A stretch of DNA of 64,000 bases, taken from contig JBNJDM010000003.1 in NCBI GenBank assembly GCA_051744925.1, positions 333-64,332 on the forward strand, in the 5' to 3' direction. Source of the DNA: Thermodesulfobacteriota bacterium. Its GTDB lineage: Bacteria; Desulfobacterota; Desulfobacteria; Desulfobacterales; JACKCP01. The translations under genes and the position numbers were made by a program. Below are positions 9,618 through 19,566 of the stretch, piece after piece. The stretch's first letter is position 1, and every line of letters begins with the position of its first letter. Below the pieces are notes generated by a model, which searched no databases, had not been told where the DNA came from, and saw nothing but the letters and a program-made list of their open reading frames with translations.

Positions 9618-10493
9618 TTATAAAGTCTTATCATAAACAAACTTTTTAATCTCTTCAAATACTTCATCAGGTTTTTCCATTGGGATAAGATGGCCTGCAT
9701 TTCTTATAATACACCCTTTTGAACCTGGACATTTTTTTAAAAATCTTTCATGTTCTTTATCAAACATTACATCTGAATACTCAGCTCTTATAAGAAGAGC
9801 CTTAGTTTTAACCTTTGAAGGCCAGAACCATGCACCAAGGGGATAATTTTCAAAAATCTGAGCTTCTGCTTCAGGCGGGCATAAAAGTTCTACACCGCCA
9901 TTTTCAGATTCTTTTAAACCGTATGTAATATATGATCTTAAAAACTCATCCTTAAAATTTTTAAAAAGGGATTTGTCTTTAAAATAATCGTATGCTTCCT
10001 GTCTGCTTTCCCAGTGCATTCTCCTTGCTCTGGCTCTTTTTGCCAGAATAAAAAGATTCTTTTTACCTATAATTCTTATAAGAGTCATAAAAGCGATATA
10101 TCTGTATGGAAGAAGTACAGGATCTATTAATACTATTTTTTCAAAAAGATCAGGTCTTTTCACAGCTGCAAACATTGTTGCTACGGCTCCTATACTGTGG
10201 CCTGTTCCGATAACAGGGCCCGGAGCTTTTTTATCAAGAAAATCTATTAAATCATAAGCAGCCTTCATCCATGAAGTATTCCCCTGTGTCTGTGAATCCT
10301 GGCCCCGTTGTCCCATTCCCATAACCCGAAAATCGTCAGTTAAACGTTCCATAAAAGGAATATAAACACTTACCGGAAAACCGTTTGCATGATAAAAATG
10401 CAAAGGTTTTTTATCTCCTCCACTGTCAAGATAACTTAAGTTTAAACCATCGACCTGATGTGAATCGCAGTCGAATTTAAAATCACTTGTCAT
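9618..10493 (-). CDS. Alpha/beta hydrolase
   Basis: GHSIGA elbow. I prefer the ATG at 10493 (MTSDFKF), which abuts the cinA stop instead of overlapping it by 29 nt. Confidence 0.7.
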   Translation of the reverse strand: MTSDFKFDCDSHQVDGLNLSYLDSGGDKKPLHFYHANGFPVSVYIPFMERLTDDFRVMGMGQRGQDSQTQGNTSWMKAAYDLIDFLDKKAPGPVIGTGHSIGAVATMFAAVKRPDLFEKIVLIDPVLLPYRYIAFMTLIRIIGKKNLFILAKRARARRMHWESRQEAYDYFKDKSLFKNFKDEFLRSYITYGLKESENGGVELLCPPEAEAQIFENYPLGAWFWPSKVKTKALLIRAEYSDVMFDKEHERFLKKCPGSKGCIIRNAGHLIPMEKPDEVFEEIKKFVYDKTL

Positions 10494-10494
10494 A

Positions 10495-11754
10495 TTATCC
10501 CTCTTTATACTTTTCAATTTCATTGATTAAATAATAAACAGCTGCAGCTGCAAACATTTTTTTATTCAAAAGCCTGTCTTTAAAGTCACGCTGAAATTTA
10601 AACGAAACTGTTTTTTCAGGAGTAGAAACACCAATAAAAACTGTTCCAACAGGTTTACCTTTAACTCCGCCGGTCGGTCCTGCAATTCCTGTTGTTGAAA
10701 CACCAAAATCTGATCTGCCTTTAAGTTTTGCTCCGCATGCAAGTTCTTCAGCGCATTGATAAGAGACTGCGCCGTATTTTTTTATTGTTTCCGGATCTAC
10801 GCCTAAAATATCTGTTTTTGACTCATTTGAATATGTTACTGCAGATAATTTAAAGAAATCTGAACTTCCTGAAATATCAGTTAAAAGATTACCTATCAGT
10901 CCTCCTGTACAGCTTTCTGCAACAGATAAAGTAAGATTTTTTTCTTTTAAAAAACCTGCTGCTTTTTCAAAAAGGGTCTCCCCTTTATACGAAACTATAT
11001 TATTTTGAAGTTTTTTAATTACATATTCAGATGCAAGATTAAGTCGTTTTTCAATATCAGCTCTTTTGTTTCCGGTTGCATATAAACTAACAAAAATATG
11101 AGGGAAAACTGCCTGAATTCCAAGATCTATTTTTGGTAAATTCTTCTCATCAGGAAACTTTTTATAAAAATCGGATAACTCTTCTCCAACTGCAGATTCA
11201 GGCATTTTAAAAACTGTTAGTTTTCTGGAAACATAAAAATCGAGTGATTTTATTTTTTCATCAAAAATCTTATCAAGCATTTTTTCAAGTTCAAAAGGAA
11301 CTCCTGTTAAACAGTATATATTTGTATTATTGTGTCTAAAAAAAAGCCCCGGAGCAGTTCCTGAAATATTTTCTATAAATTCTGATTTTTCAGGAATTAC
11401 AGCCTGAACCTGATTTACTTCAGGCATTTCAATATCTCTTTTTATAAAAAATTCTTTTACCGAATCATAGGCTTTTTTATTTAATGAAAGGCCGCAATTA
11501 AGAACAATTGCTGCAGCCTGCCTGGTTCTGTCGTCTTCAGTTGGCCCAAGCCCTCCTGTAACAATTACAATATCAGATTTTTGAGAAGATTTTTCTATTA
11601 AATCAGCAAGATGTTCTTCATTATCTCCGCAGCAATGATGGAATAAAACATCAATACCTGCATGTGTAAGCTTTTTTGAAATCACAGATGAATTTGTATC
11701 TGCAACATCACCTGTCAGAATCTCTTTGCCTGTTGCAATAATTTCAGCTTTCAT
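10495..11754 (-). CDS. cinA: CinA family competence/damage-inducible protein (MoCF-binding domain plus PncC NMN amidohydrolase domain)
   Basis: 419 aa. MKAEIIATGKEILTGDVADTNS N-terminus, with a C-terminal CinA domain (VAESCTGG). Confidence 0.85.
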   Translation of the reverse strand: MKAEIIATGKEILTGDVADTNSSVISKKLTHAGIDVLFHHCCGDNEEHLADLIEKSSQKSDIVIVTGGLGPTEDDRTRQAAAIVLNCGLSLNKKAYDSVKEFFIKRDIEMPEVNQVQAVIPEKSEFIENISGTAPGLFFRHNNTNIYCLTGVPFELEKMLDKIFDEKIKSLDFYVSRKLTVFKMPESAVGEELSDFYKKFPDEKNLPKIDLGIQAVFPHIFVSLYATGNKRADIEKRLNLASEYVIKKLQNNIVSYKGETLFEKAAGFLKEKNLTLSVAESCTGGLIGNLLTDISGSSDFFKLSAVTYSNESKTDILGVDPETIKKYGAVSYQCAEELACGAKLKGRSDFGVSTTGIAGPTGGVKGKPVGTVFIGVSTPEKTVSFKFQRDFKDRLLNKKMFAAAAVYYLINEIEKYKEG

Positions 11755-11811
11755 ATATTTGCCTTTTTTCAGATCCAGGAATTATTAATTTACAAATTTA
11801 ATACGTCTGAT

Positions 11812-13419
11812 TCAGATCTTATCAAAAAAATCGTTTCCTTTATCATCTGTAACCAGAAAAGCAGGAAAATTTTCTACCCTTATTTTATGTACAGCTTCCA
11901 TTCCAAGCTCTTCATAATCTATTACCTCAACTTTTTTAACAGATTCTTTTCCGACTAAAGCAGCCGCACCACCAATTGCACCAAGATAAAACCCTTTAAA
12001 CTTTGAGCAGGCGTTTTTTACAGCAGGTGTTCTGTTCCCCTTGCCTATCATTACAAGAGAACCTCCGTGTTCCTGAAACTTATGAACATAGGAATCCATT
12101 CTTGCCGAAGTTGTGGGTCCAAAAGATCCTGAAGCATAACCCTCAGGAATTTTTGCTGGTCCTGCATAATAAACAGGATGATTTTTAAGGTAATCAGGCA
12201 TGTAATTTTCTTTTTCCAGTTTGTTCATTATTTCTGCATGTGCAATATCTCTTGCAACTACAATATCGCCTGTTAAAAGAACCGGAGCAGAAACCTCAAG
12301 CTCTGAAAGTTTTTTTCTTATTTTTTCCATTGGCTGATCAAGATTTATATGCACCGGAGACTTAAAATCTATTTTTTCGTCAGGCAGGTACACAGAAGGA
12401 TCTTTTTCCTTTTTTTCAAGAAAGATTCCGTTTTCATTAATAAGTGCAAACTGATTTCTGTGGGCATAGCAGCTTACTCCGATACTTATAAATACCGAAG
12501 CTCCGTGTCTTGGAAGCCTTAAAACTTTTGAATCAAGACAAAAATATTTTCCTCCGTATTGTGCACCAAGGCCTGTATTTAAACAAATATTACTGGCAAG
12601 ATTTTCAACCTCTTTATCCCTTACCCCAAGATACTTATTATTTTTTTCATGCGGAATATGATCAAGTGCACCTGCTGTAAGAAGTTTTAAGGTTTTAAGG
12701 TTCATTTCAGGAGATGTTCCACCTATAACAATTCCAAGATGATAAGGAGGACATGCAGCTGTACCTGTTTTTTTTATATTTTCTTCAAGAAATTTTTTTA
12801 ATTTTTCAAAATTTAAAACAGACTTATTTTCAGTAAAAAAAAATGTTTTATTGGAAGAACCTCCGCCTTTTGCAACAAATAAAAATTTAAAACTCCTTCC
12901 TTTGCCGGAATAAAGATCTATTTGTGCGGGAAGATTGGTTTTTGAATTGTATTCTTCAAAAACAGAGTTTGGTATAAGCTGGGAATATCTGAGATTTTCC
13001 TGTGTATATGTATTATAAACTCCATGACTTATAGCTTTTTTTTCATCAAAATCAGTTAAGATTAAATTACCCTTTTCTCCGATAACAGAGGCTGTTCCCG
13101 TGTCCTGACAAAGGGGAAAAATACCTGATGATGCAGCAACAGCATTTTCAATAAGTTTTTTTGCCACAAACTTATCATTTTCACTTGAGTTTTTATCTTT
13201 TAAAATATTTGAAAGCTGCTGAAGATGGGATTTTGAAAAAAAATAGTTTATCATTGAAAAACTTTTCTGAGAAACAGTTTCAAAAGCTTTTGAGTCAATT
13301 TTTAAAAGCTTTGAATTACCTGCCTGTACATCTGAAATATAATCCTGGGATATTTTATCAAATTCAATATTTTTAAAATCGAATAAAGAATAGATCGGTG
13401 TATATTCAAAATCTGTCAT
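11812..13419 (-). CDS. Class I (Fe-S) fumarate hydratase, fused alpha/beta form
   Basis: 535 aa. CQDTGTA motif, with a C-terminal beta-domain (GPTTSARMD, GKG). Confidence 0.85.
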   Translation of the reverse strand: MTDFEYTPIYSLFDFKNIEFDKISQDYISDVQAGNSKLLKIDSKAFETVSQKSFSMINYFFSKSHLQQLSNILKDKNSSENDKFVAKKLIENAVAASSGIFPLCQDTGTASVIGEKGNLILTDFDEKKAISHGVYNTYTQENLRYSQLIPNSVFEEYNSKTNLPAQIDLYSGKGRSFKFLFVAKGGGSSNKTFFFTENKSVLNFEKLKKFLEENIKKTGTAACPPYHLGIVIGGTSPEMNLKTLKLLTAGALDHIPHEKNNKYLGVRDKEVENLASNICLNTGLGAQYGGKYFCLDSKVLRLPRHGASVFISIGVSCYAHRNQFALINENGIFLEKKEKDPSVYLPDEKIDFKSPVHINLDQPMEKIRKKLSELEVSAPVLLTGDIVVARDIAHAEIMNKLEKENYMPDYLKNHPVYYAGPAKIPEGYASGSFGPTTSARMDSYVHKFQEHGGSLVMIGKGNRTPAVKNACSKFKGFYLGAIGGAAALVGKESVKKVEVIDYEELGMEAVHKIRVENFPAFLVTDDKGNDFFDKI

Positions 13420-13636
13420 AATTTTTGCCTGACTGTTTAATATTAATTTTTTTGTTTTAGGTCTGATATTTTAATTTCACGAATTTCTAAGTTTTGTTAA
13501 ATCAGAAATTCAAAAAATATTTATGCTTATATTAATGAAAGGATAGTAAATAAATTTACAAAAGATTCAAAGAAAATTGTTTATTTTTTATTTTTGACAG
13601 AAAATTTAATATGAATGATTTGATTTAAGTTATAAA

Positions 13637-15034
13637 TCAGTTTTTTCTGTATTCATCTGCATCAATATCATATCTTTTCATGATTTTTTGAAGTGCCTGA
13701 CGCTCAAGTCCAAGATTTCGTGCAGTTTTAGAAACATTTCCTGAAGTTTTTTCAAGGCTTTTTCCTATAACCTTCATATTAAATTCATAAAGATTTTTTT
13801 CCTTGGCCTCTTTATAGCTTAAATTTTCATAATCTAATAATTCAACCCCTGAAAATAATGCATTATCTTTTTTATAACCTGCATCTGCAGGATTTATAAC
13901 ATCATCTGAAGAATAAAGAATACCTCTTATGATAATATTTTCAAGTTCACGTATATTTCCCACCCATTTTTCTGATGATAAAATATCCATAAGTTCAGGA
14001 GATATTCTTTTTATTTCCTTGTTCATTTTATTGCAGTGCTTTTCAAGAAGATGTCCTGCAATGGCAGGGATATCTTTTTGTCTTTGTCTTAAAGGCGGCA
14101 TTTCAATGGAAACAACATTCAGCCTGTAATACAGGTCTTCCCTGAACAATCCTTTTTGCACCAGATCAAAAAGATTCTGGTTGGTTGAAGCTATTATTCT
14201 TGTATCTACATTAACAGATTCTGTATCTCCAAGAGGCTTGATCTGTTTATCCTGAAGAACCATTAAAAGCTTTGTCTGAATAGAAGGTGATATTTCTCCG
14301 ATTTCATCAAGAAATATGGTTCCTTTGTCAGCTTCCTGGAAAAGACCTTTTTTATTTTTCTGGGCATGAGTAAATGCACCTTTTTTATAACCAAACAATT
14401 CACTTTCAAGAATATTTTCAGGAATTGTAGGACAGTTTACTGTAACAAAATTCTCCTTTTTTCTTTCACTTAAAGAATGAATCGCTTTTGCAGCCATATT
14501 CTTTCCTGTACCGGATTCTCCGGTCAAAAGAACTGTTACATCGCTTGGAGCAACCATATGAAGGGTTTCAAAAATCTTTTTCATTGAAGGACTTGAACCT
14601 ACAATACCGCTTAAGGCCTCATCTTTGCTCCGGCTTTTTAAAAGCCTCTGATTTTCCTTTAAAAGCAAAGCCCTTTCCATGGCTTTGTTAAGGCGTACAA
14701 CCAGGGCATCATGATCAAAAGGCTTGGTTATAAAATCATAAGCCCCTTTTTTCATTGCATCTATTACAGTATCTATATCTCCGTATGCAGTCATCATAAC
14801 AACAGTTTGACCCGGCTTTTCCTCCTTAATGATTTCAAGCAGATCAAGACCGTTCATTCCAGGCATCCTGATATCTGTAAGTATAAGATCAAAATCTTTA
14901 CTTCTGATAAGCTTAAGAGCATTATCTATATCTGAAACAGTTTTTATATCTGCATTAAGTTCGGATGATAAACTCCTTTGCAGCAGCTTAAGCATATCAG
15001 GCTCATCATCAATAATTAAAACCGAATCACTCAT
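13637..15034 (-). CDS. Sigma54-dependent response regulator (NtrC/AtoC family enhancer-binding protein)
   Basis: 465 aa. Receiver domain (DLILTDIRMPGMNG), AAA+ domain with GESGTGK and the GAFTHA (GAFTGA-type) loop, and a C-terminal Fis-type HTH. Confidence 0.9.
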   Translation of the reverse strand: MSDSVLIIDDEPDMLKLLQRSLSSELNADIKTVSDIDNALKLIRSKDFDLILTDIRMPGMNGLDLLEIIKEEKPGQTVVMMTAYGDIDTVIDAMKKGAYDFITKPFDHDALVVRLNKAMERALLLKENQRLLKSRSKDEALSGIVGSSPSMKKIFETLHMVAPSDVTVLLTGESGTGKNMAAKAIHSLSERKKENFVTVNCPTIPENILESELFGYKKGAFTHAQKNKKGLFQEADKGTIFLDEIGEISPSIQTKLLMVLQDKQIKPLGDTESVNVDTRIIASTNQNLFDLVQKGLFREDLYYRLNVVSIEMPPLRQRQKDIPAIAGHLLEKHCNKMNKEIKRISPELMDILSSEKWVGNIRELENIIIRGILYSSDDVINPADAGYKKDNALFSGVELLDYENLSYKEAKEKNLYEFNMKVIGKSLEKTSGNVSKTARNLGLERQALQKIMKRYDIDADEYRKN

Positions 15035-16205
15035 TTTGATCTCCTGTTATGCATGTATTATCTGCAGGAAGATAAATTGAAAAAGTAGTACCTGAATTTT
15101 TTACACTTGTAACAGTAATATCACCTCCATGATTTTTAACAATACCATAGCTTACTGACAACCCAAGCCCTGTTCCTTTACCTGTAGGCTTTGTTGTAAA
15201 AAAAGGATCAAAAATTCTTGAAAGATTCTCTTTTTCTATACCTTCTCCTGTATCCTCAAGGTCTATTTTTATTTTCTCATTTTCAAGTGAAGTTTTAATA
15301 TAAAGATTCCCGTTAAAATTCATTGCATGATTTGCGTTCATTATAAGATTTATAAATACCTGCTTAATTTTTTCGGCATCTATACATATTTCAGGGATAT
15401 TATCTGAATATCTTTTTATTATATCAGTGTTATTAAATGCTGTATGCGACTTAACAAAACTAACTACATCATCAAGAATTTCATGAATATTATAAAGCTT
15501 TTTTTTCGGCTTTGAACTTCTGGAAAAACTTAAAAGATCTTCTACAATAACTTTGCAGTGCTTAACATGTTTTTCTATTATTTTTAAATCTTCATATTTC
15601 TGCGGGTCTTTTTCTGACCTTAAAAGAAGCTGATTATAACCAAGTATTATACCAAGCGGATTGTTTATTTCATGGGCAACTCCTGCAGAAAGTTCTCCGG
15701 TTGCAGCAAGTTTTTCAGCTTGTGCCATCTGTTTTTCAAGCAAAGTTCTTTGTTCTGCCTCTTTTCTCAGTTTTTCAGTTCTTTCTGCAACCCTTTGTTC
15801 AAGATTCTGATTAAGGGAGATAAGTTTACTATGAGTTATTTCAAGTTCTTTTTTATCATGCACAACCTGCATGTATATCTTCCATATCTGTCTGAAAAAT
15901 ATAGTTATCGAACCGACAAGAATAAATGCAAATGTATTTACAGATCCGGAAAAAGGCCTGATATCATTCCATATTTCAAGATAGCCATTAATAACAAGAG
16001 CCTGTTTTAGTATATGACCGGCAGATCGTGATACAGCAAAAATTACAAGACCGTAGCACACCCATACAAGGTAGCTTAAAATCACATTCTCACTTTCTTT
16101 ACTTCTTAAGCTTAAAGCTTTTTTCAAGCATAAAAAAGAAAGCAGAATCATTAAGACTGATCCTGTGACATCAACGAAAAGTACCGGGTAATATGTTATT
16201 TCCAT
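15027..16205 (-). CDS. Sensor histidine kinase with multi-TM N-terminus and no obvious periplasmic domain
   Basis: 392 aa. H-box AHEINNPL, N box NLIMNANHAM, G boxes DTGEGI and GTGLGL. Overlaps the RR gene by 8 nt. Confidence 0.9.
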   Translation of the reverse strand: MEITYYPVLFVDVTGSVLMILLSFLCLKKALSLRSKESENVILSYLVWVCYGLVIFAVSRSAGHILKQALVINGYLEIWNDIRPFSGSVNTFAFILVGSITIFFRQIWKIYMQVVHDKKELEITHSKLISLNQNLEQRVAERTEKLRKEAEQRTLLEKQMAQAEKLAATGELSAGVAHEINNPLGIILGYNQLLLRSEKDPQKYEDLKIIEKHVKHCKVIVEDLLSFSRSSKPKKKLYNIHEILDDVVSFVKSHTAFNNTDIIKRYSDNIPEICIDAEKIKQVFINLIMNANHAMNFNGNLYIKTSLENEKIKIDLEDTGEGIEKENLSRIFDPFFTTKPTGKGTGLGLSVSYGIVKNHGGDITVTSVKNSGTTFSIYLPADNTCITGDQNE

Positions 16206-16352
16206 ATTTTTCTCCGACAGTATCAGGGCTTTTTATTTTATAATCTTACTGACCGATTAAAAAGTTTGTATATAAATCAGACGGTTTAAGCCGGATTATG
16301 CTATTTACACTAAATAGTAAACCTGTTGCAGAACAAGAATGCAAATCAGAAA

Positions 16353-16796
16353 TTATCCCTGTTTTTTTTCCAAATCGAGATATTTAAGACCGGAATATAA
16401 AAAATATAAAGCAGGAACACATAAAAAATGATCCATTTTACCCAAATAATACAAATACTCAATAAAACCTGAGTTGTTTGAAGACTGAATAAGGTAAACA
16501 AAGCCGTTTCTTGAAACATCCACAAGCTCAAGCTGTTCATCCAGATAATGCATAAGAACAACATCTAAATTCCATAAAATAAGGAAAACACCAAAAAGCT
16601 GAAAATATCTTTTACTTTTTCCTTTTAAAAACCATTTATCTCTCAGCCAGTAAACAAAAGCACAAAGAGACAAAAGAAAAAATATGTGTCCCAGCTGATG
16701 AACAATAATCCCTTCGCTACCGCCATGTGCCTGAATTGCATATGCAGGTTCAGATAAACAAAGGCAAATAAAAATAAATATTAGTTTTAATTTCAT
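16353..16796 (-). CDS. Small membrane protein with signal peptide and His-rich segment (uncharacterised)
   Basis: 147 aa. MKLKLIFIFICLCLSEPAYA, then AHGGSEGIIVHQLGH and hydrophobic spans. Overlaps the upstream gene's stop by 4 nt. Confidence 0.55.
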   Translation of the reverse strand: MKLKLIFIFICLCLSEPAYAIQAHGGSEGIIVHQLGHIFFLLSLCAFVYWLRDKWFLKGKSKRYFQLFGVFLILWNLDVVLMHYLDEQLELVDVSRNGFVYLIQSSNNSGFIEYLYYLGKMDHFLCVPALYFLYSGLKYLDLEKKQG

Positions 16797-17374
16797 TTAT
16801 GGTTAAGCTCCGAATTTAACAGTAATTTACTTAAAAAATATTTTTTTATAAAAAAAATAAGAACTAAAATTAAATTAAACAAAATTATAAACATAATTGA
16901 AGCAGGAATTTTATAATGAAAAAAACCTATTGTTTTAAAATTCTGATCAAAAACAGAATAGTCAATCCATATAAGAAAGAAAAACATAGGGAAAAAATAA
17001 GTAATTCCAGCATTAAAAAATTTTTCAATTAATATATTTTCGTAAGCCTTGTCAGCAGAATCGTTTATTCCTTTTTTCAAACTCTGCTTAAGTTTTTTTT
17101 CTTCAATATCATCGAGATATTTTAATGATGATATTTTTTCTTTTAACTCTTTATCATATTCTTTGGTTTTTTTTTCTTTAAAATAAAATGAAAGACAGGT
17201 GCTGACTAAAGCGCAAACAAAAGATACTGTAAAAAGAAAAACCATATCTCCGGCTTTAATAAACGGGGAAAATATAAATTGCATAAAATAATCAATAACA
17301 TTGATTACAGGTATAATAAATCTATATAAAACAAAGTCTAAAATTAAATTTATTATATCTAAAATAAAATCCAT
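16793..17374 (-). CDS. Uncharacterised membrane protein, TM / Lys-Glu-rich coiled coil / TM-TM layout
   Basis: 193 aa. Hydrophobic N-terminal third, KEKKTKEYDKELKEKISSLKYLDDIEEKKLKQSLKK, then two further hydrophobic spans. Confidence 0.55.
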   Translation of the reverse strand: MDFILDIINLILDFVLYRFIIPVINVIDYFMQFIFSPFIKAGDMVFLFTVSFVCALVSTCLSFYFKEKKTKEYDKELKEKISSLKYLDDIEEKKLKQSLKKGINDSADKAYENILIEKFFNAGITYFFPMFFFLIWIDYSVFDQNFKTIGFFHYKIPASIMFIILFNLILVLIFFIKKYFLSKLLLNSELNHK

Positions 17375-17520
17375 GTCTTTATCAGCCTTTTAGTACTTTA
17401 CCCGGCTTATTAAGCCGGGCAGTGAGTACAACGTATGAATGGAGGACTATATGTCTGAGGCCAGGGAAATATATTATTTGTACAAAGTCTTATCTTTTTA
17501 TTTCCCTGATCAGAGATAAT

Positions 17521-19173
17521 TTATCTTAAAAACGGTACTGCACCCGTATATTTAAGAAAAACTATAAACAATATTACAGCAAGCGCGCGCTTTAGAAAAA
17601 TTTCCGGAAGTTTTTTCTGAATTTTAGGACCTATTTTACCGCCGATTATTGCACCAGCTGCAATAAGAGCAGCCATTATCCAGTCAGGCTGGTATCCGTC
17701 TACAAAATACTTTGCAATACCGCCCACAGAGTTGGCAAATGTACCGCACAAGGAAATAGGAACAGCTATATACATTGGATAACCCATTACAGAAGTCATA
17801 AAAGGAACAAGCATGAATCCGCCGCCTACACCAAATGCCGATGCAATACATCCGATAAGAATACCGCCGATAAACAATACCAGAGGATTTGCCTTGAAAG
17901 ATTCTCCCCAGAAGCTGAAAGAAAGCTTGGTTAAAGACCATTTCTTATCAAGGGAAATTTTACCCATCTGAGCAGCTCTGCCTTCTTCTTTGGCTTTTTT
18001 AATTTCTTCATCAAATTTTTTAACAATAGCGTTAATAGCCTGCTTTTTTTCAATCGATTTTTTTGTTGATTCAAGCCATAGTTTAATAAAAAGAACCAGA
18101 CAGAAAAAACCAAGATAAAATTTATATGCCTTCATTGGAAGATATTTTGCTGAATACTCCGGACCAATCCAGTATGCACCTATAATAATACCTGTTACAA
18201 AAAAGAGGGCTACCGGCCATGCAAGCCTGCCTTCTTTAAAATATGTCCAGACAGATGTTATTGGAGAACAAAGTGTTAAAAACATGTTTGTCGGTTTTAC
18301 TGCATTAGCACCATTAATACCGACCATACCATTGGTGCCGATTACTGTTATCTGAAATGCTGCTGTAAAAAGGCCGCCTGCAGCTCCTACAATTACAAAC
18401 ATAGTACCTATAATAAAAGCTCCAATAAAAACAACCAGAGGATTCATATAAGTACCTCCTATAGCAAAATAAAAACCTCTTTTCTGTACATTTACAGTGT
18501 CTTCCATATTTCCGTTTACATAAAGATCCAGCTTTGTTTCAGGAGGTATTTTGTCACTTATTTTAAATGAAGCGCTGTATTCACCTGTTTCTTTATCAAG
18601 GGATATTTCAACATCTTCATTCCATGATTTTGAATCATCAGGACCCATTATCATTCTGGCATTTCCACCGCCTATGGGCATCTCTTTTGAAACAGTATTA
18701 ATTCCAAACTGATCTTCATGTGTAAAAGTAAGAAACTCCCACTGCTCTTTTGTATCAACTGAACCAAGCAACTTTTTTGCGTCTTCAGGGATATTTTCCC
18801 ATTTATTAATTTTGTTTACTTCAATATCCCACCTGAAAGGTTTAAACCATCTGCCTTTTGATACAGTCTTTGGAGTTGCAAAAGATTTTGGAGATGTTGT
18901 CAGAACATAATAAACTGGAGGAATTTCGGTATCCCCAAACATCTCCCTGAGCTTTTCTTTTTCCTGTGATCCGACTGAATCATCAGCTTTAAATAATTTT
19001 TTGGAACTTAAAACAAGATAAAGATCTTCTTCCGGAGCAATTTTTCCGCTTACCTCTATTTTTTCTCCAGCTTCAGGTTTTTTATCTGATATATCAGCAG
19101 CAGATAATACCCAGGGTAAAAAAAATACAGATAGAATTAAAAAAAGTGTTAATAATTTTATCCTTTTAAACAT
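17521..19173 (-). CDS. TauE/SafE (DUF81, TSUP) family transporter with ~230-aa N-terminal exported domain
   Basis: 550 aa. Signal peptide, soluble domain, then two 4-TM halves with GAAGGLF and GVGGGFMLVP motifs, separated by a Lys-rich loop. RBS AAAGGAG. Confidence 0.7.
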   Translation of the reverse strand: MFKRIKLLTLFLILSVFFLPWVLSAADISDKKPEAGEKIEVSGKIAPEEDLYLVLSSKKLFKADDSVGSQEKEKLREMFGDTEIPPVYYVLTTSPKSFATPKTVSKGRWFKPFRWDIEVNKINKWENIPEDAKKLLGSVDTKEQWEFLTFTHEDQFGINTVSKEMPIGGGNARMIMGPDDSKSWNEDVEISLDKETGEYSASFKISDKIPPETKLDLYVNGNMEDTVNVQKRGFYFAIGGTYMNPLVVFIGAFIIGTMFVIVGAAGGLFTAAFQITVIGTNGMVGINGANAVKPTNMFLTLCSPITSVWTYFKEGRLAWPVALFFVTGIIIGAYWIGPEYSAKYLPMKAYKFYLGFFCLVLFIKLWLESTKKSIEKKQAINAIVKKFDEEIKKAKEEGRAAQMGKISLDKKWSLTKLSFSFWGESFKANPLVLFIGGILIGCIASAFGVGGGFMLVPFMTSVMGYPMYIAVPISLCGTFANSVGGIAKYFVDGYQPDWIMAALIAAGAIIGGKIGPKIQKKLPEIFLKRALAVILFIVFLKYTGAVPFLR

Positions 19174-19224
19174 TTTATTCTCCTTTATAAAAAAACCATT
19201 AAAATTTTATTGAAACCATAACAA

Positions 19225-19239
19225 AGCAATTGATGTGCC
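19225..19239 (-). promoter_or_regulatory. Sigma54 promoter, consensus TGGCAC-N5-TTGC, driving the TauE-like gene cluster
   Basis: Complement of gcaattgatgtgcca reads TGGCACATCAATTGC. The -12 GC lies 52 nt upstream of the ATG at 19173. Confidence 0.7.
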
Positions 19240-19430
19240 AGATTCAAGTTCAAAACCTACAACTAGTTAAACCACTGTTTTAAAAGGATATATAATTAAA
19301 AGCTTTTTCAGTACCAAAGAAAAGATATAAGAATTAAGATACAAATAGGTTAAATTTTATGCACATTAATCAATTCTTACTTTTTATAGCCTTATTTGCA
19401 AGGTTATAAAAATTGAAACTTTTTTTATGC

Positions 19431-19452
19431 TATGCATAATATTTTATGCATA
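19431..19452. promoter_or_regulatory. Two palindromic TATGCATA boxes (candidate enhancer/UAS for a sigma54 activator)
   Basis: TATGCATA at 19431-19438 and 19445-19452. A third near-copy TATGCAca lies at 19358-19365. All sit between two divergent sigma54 promoters. Confidence 0.45.
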
Positions 19453-19550
19453 CATATATAATAAAAGAGCTAAAACAAGGACTTTTACTGTCAAAAAGCC
19501 CAAAACTTAGCATAAACTAAAGTGTTTTGCTATTATTAAGGTATATTATC

Positions 19551-19566
19551 TGGCATAAAAATTGTA
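19551..19566 (+). promoter_or_regulatory. Sigma54-type promoter TGGCAT-N5-TTGTA upstream of the DUF169 gene
   Basis: GG and TG at the canonical -24/-12 spacing, 48 nt upstream of the ATG at 19614. The same variant hexamers occur at 42724. Confidence 0.55.

Noticed and set aside
13929-15080. Several plus-strand ORFs (13929..14129, 14488..14691, 14711..14935, 14829..15080) across the response-regulator gene
   Set aside because: All are antisense to the sigma54 activator ORF, whose Walker A, GAFTGA-type and HTH motifs are intact. I treat them as shadow ORFs.
16346-16564. 72-aa ORF in another frame of the 147-aa membrane protein gene
   Set aside because: It is a same-strand alternative frame nested in the longer ORF, which has a signal peptide and is start/stop-coupled to the upstream gene.
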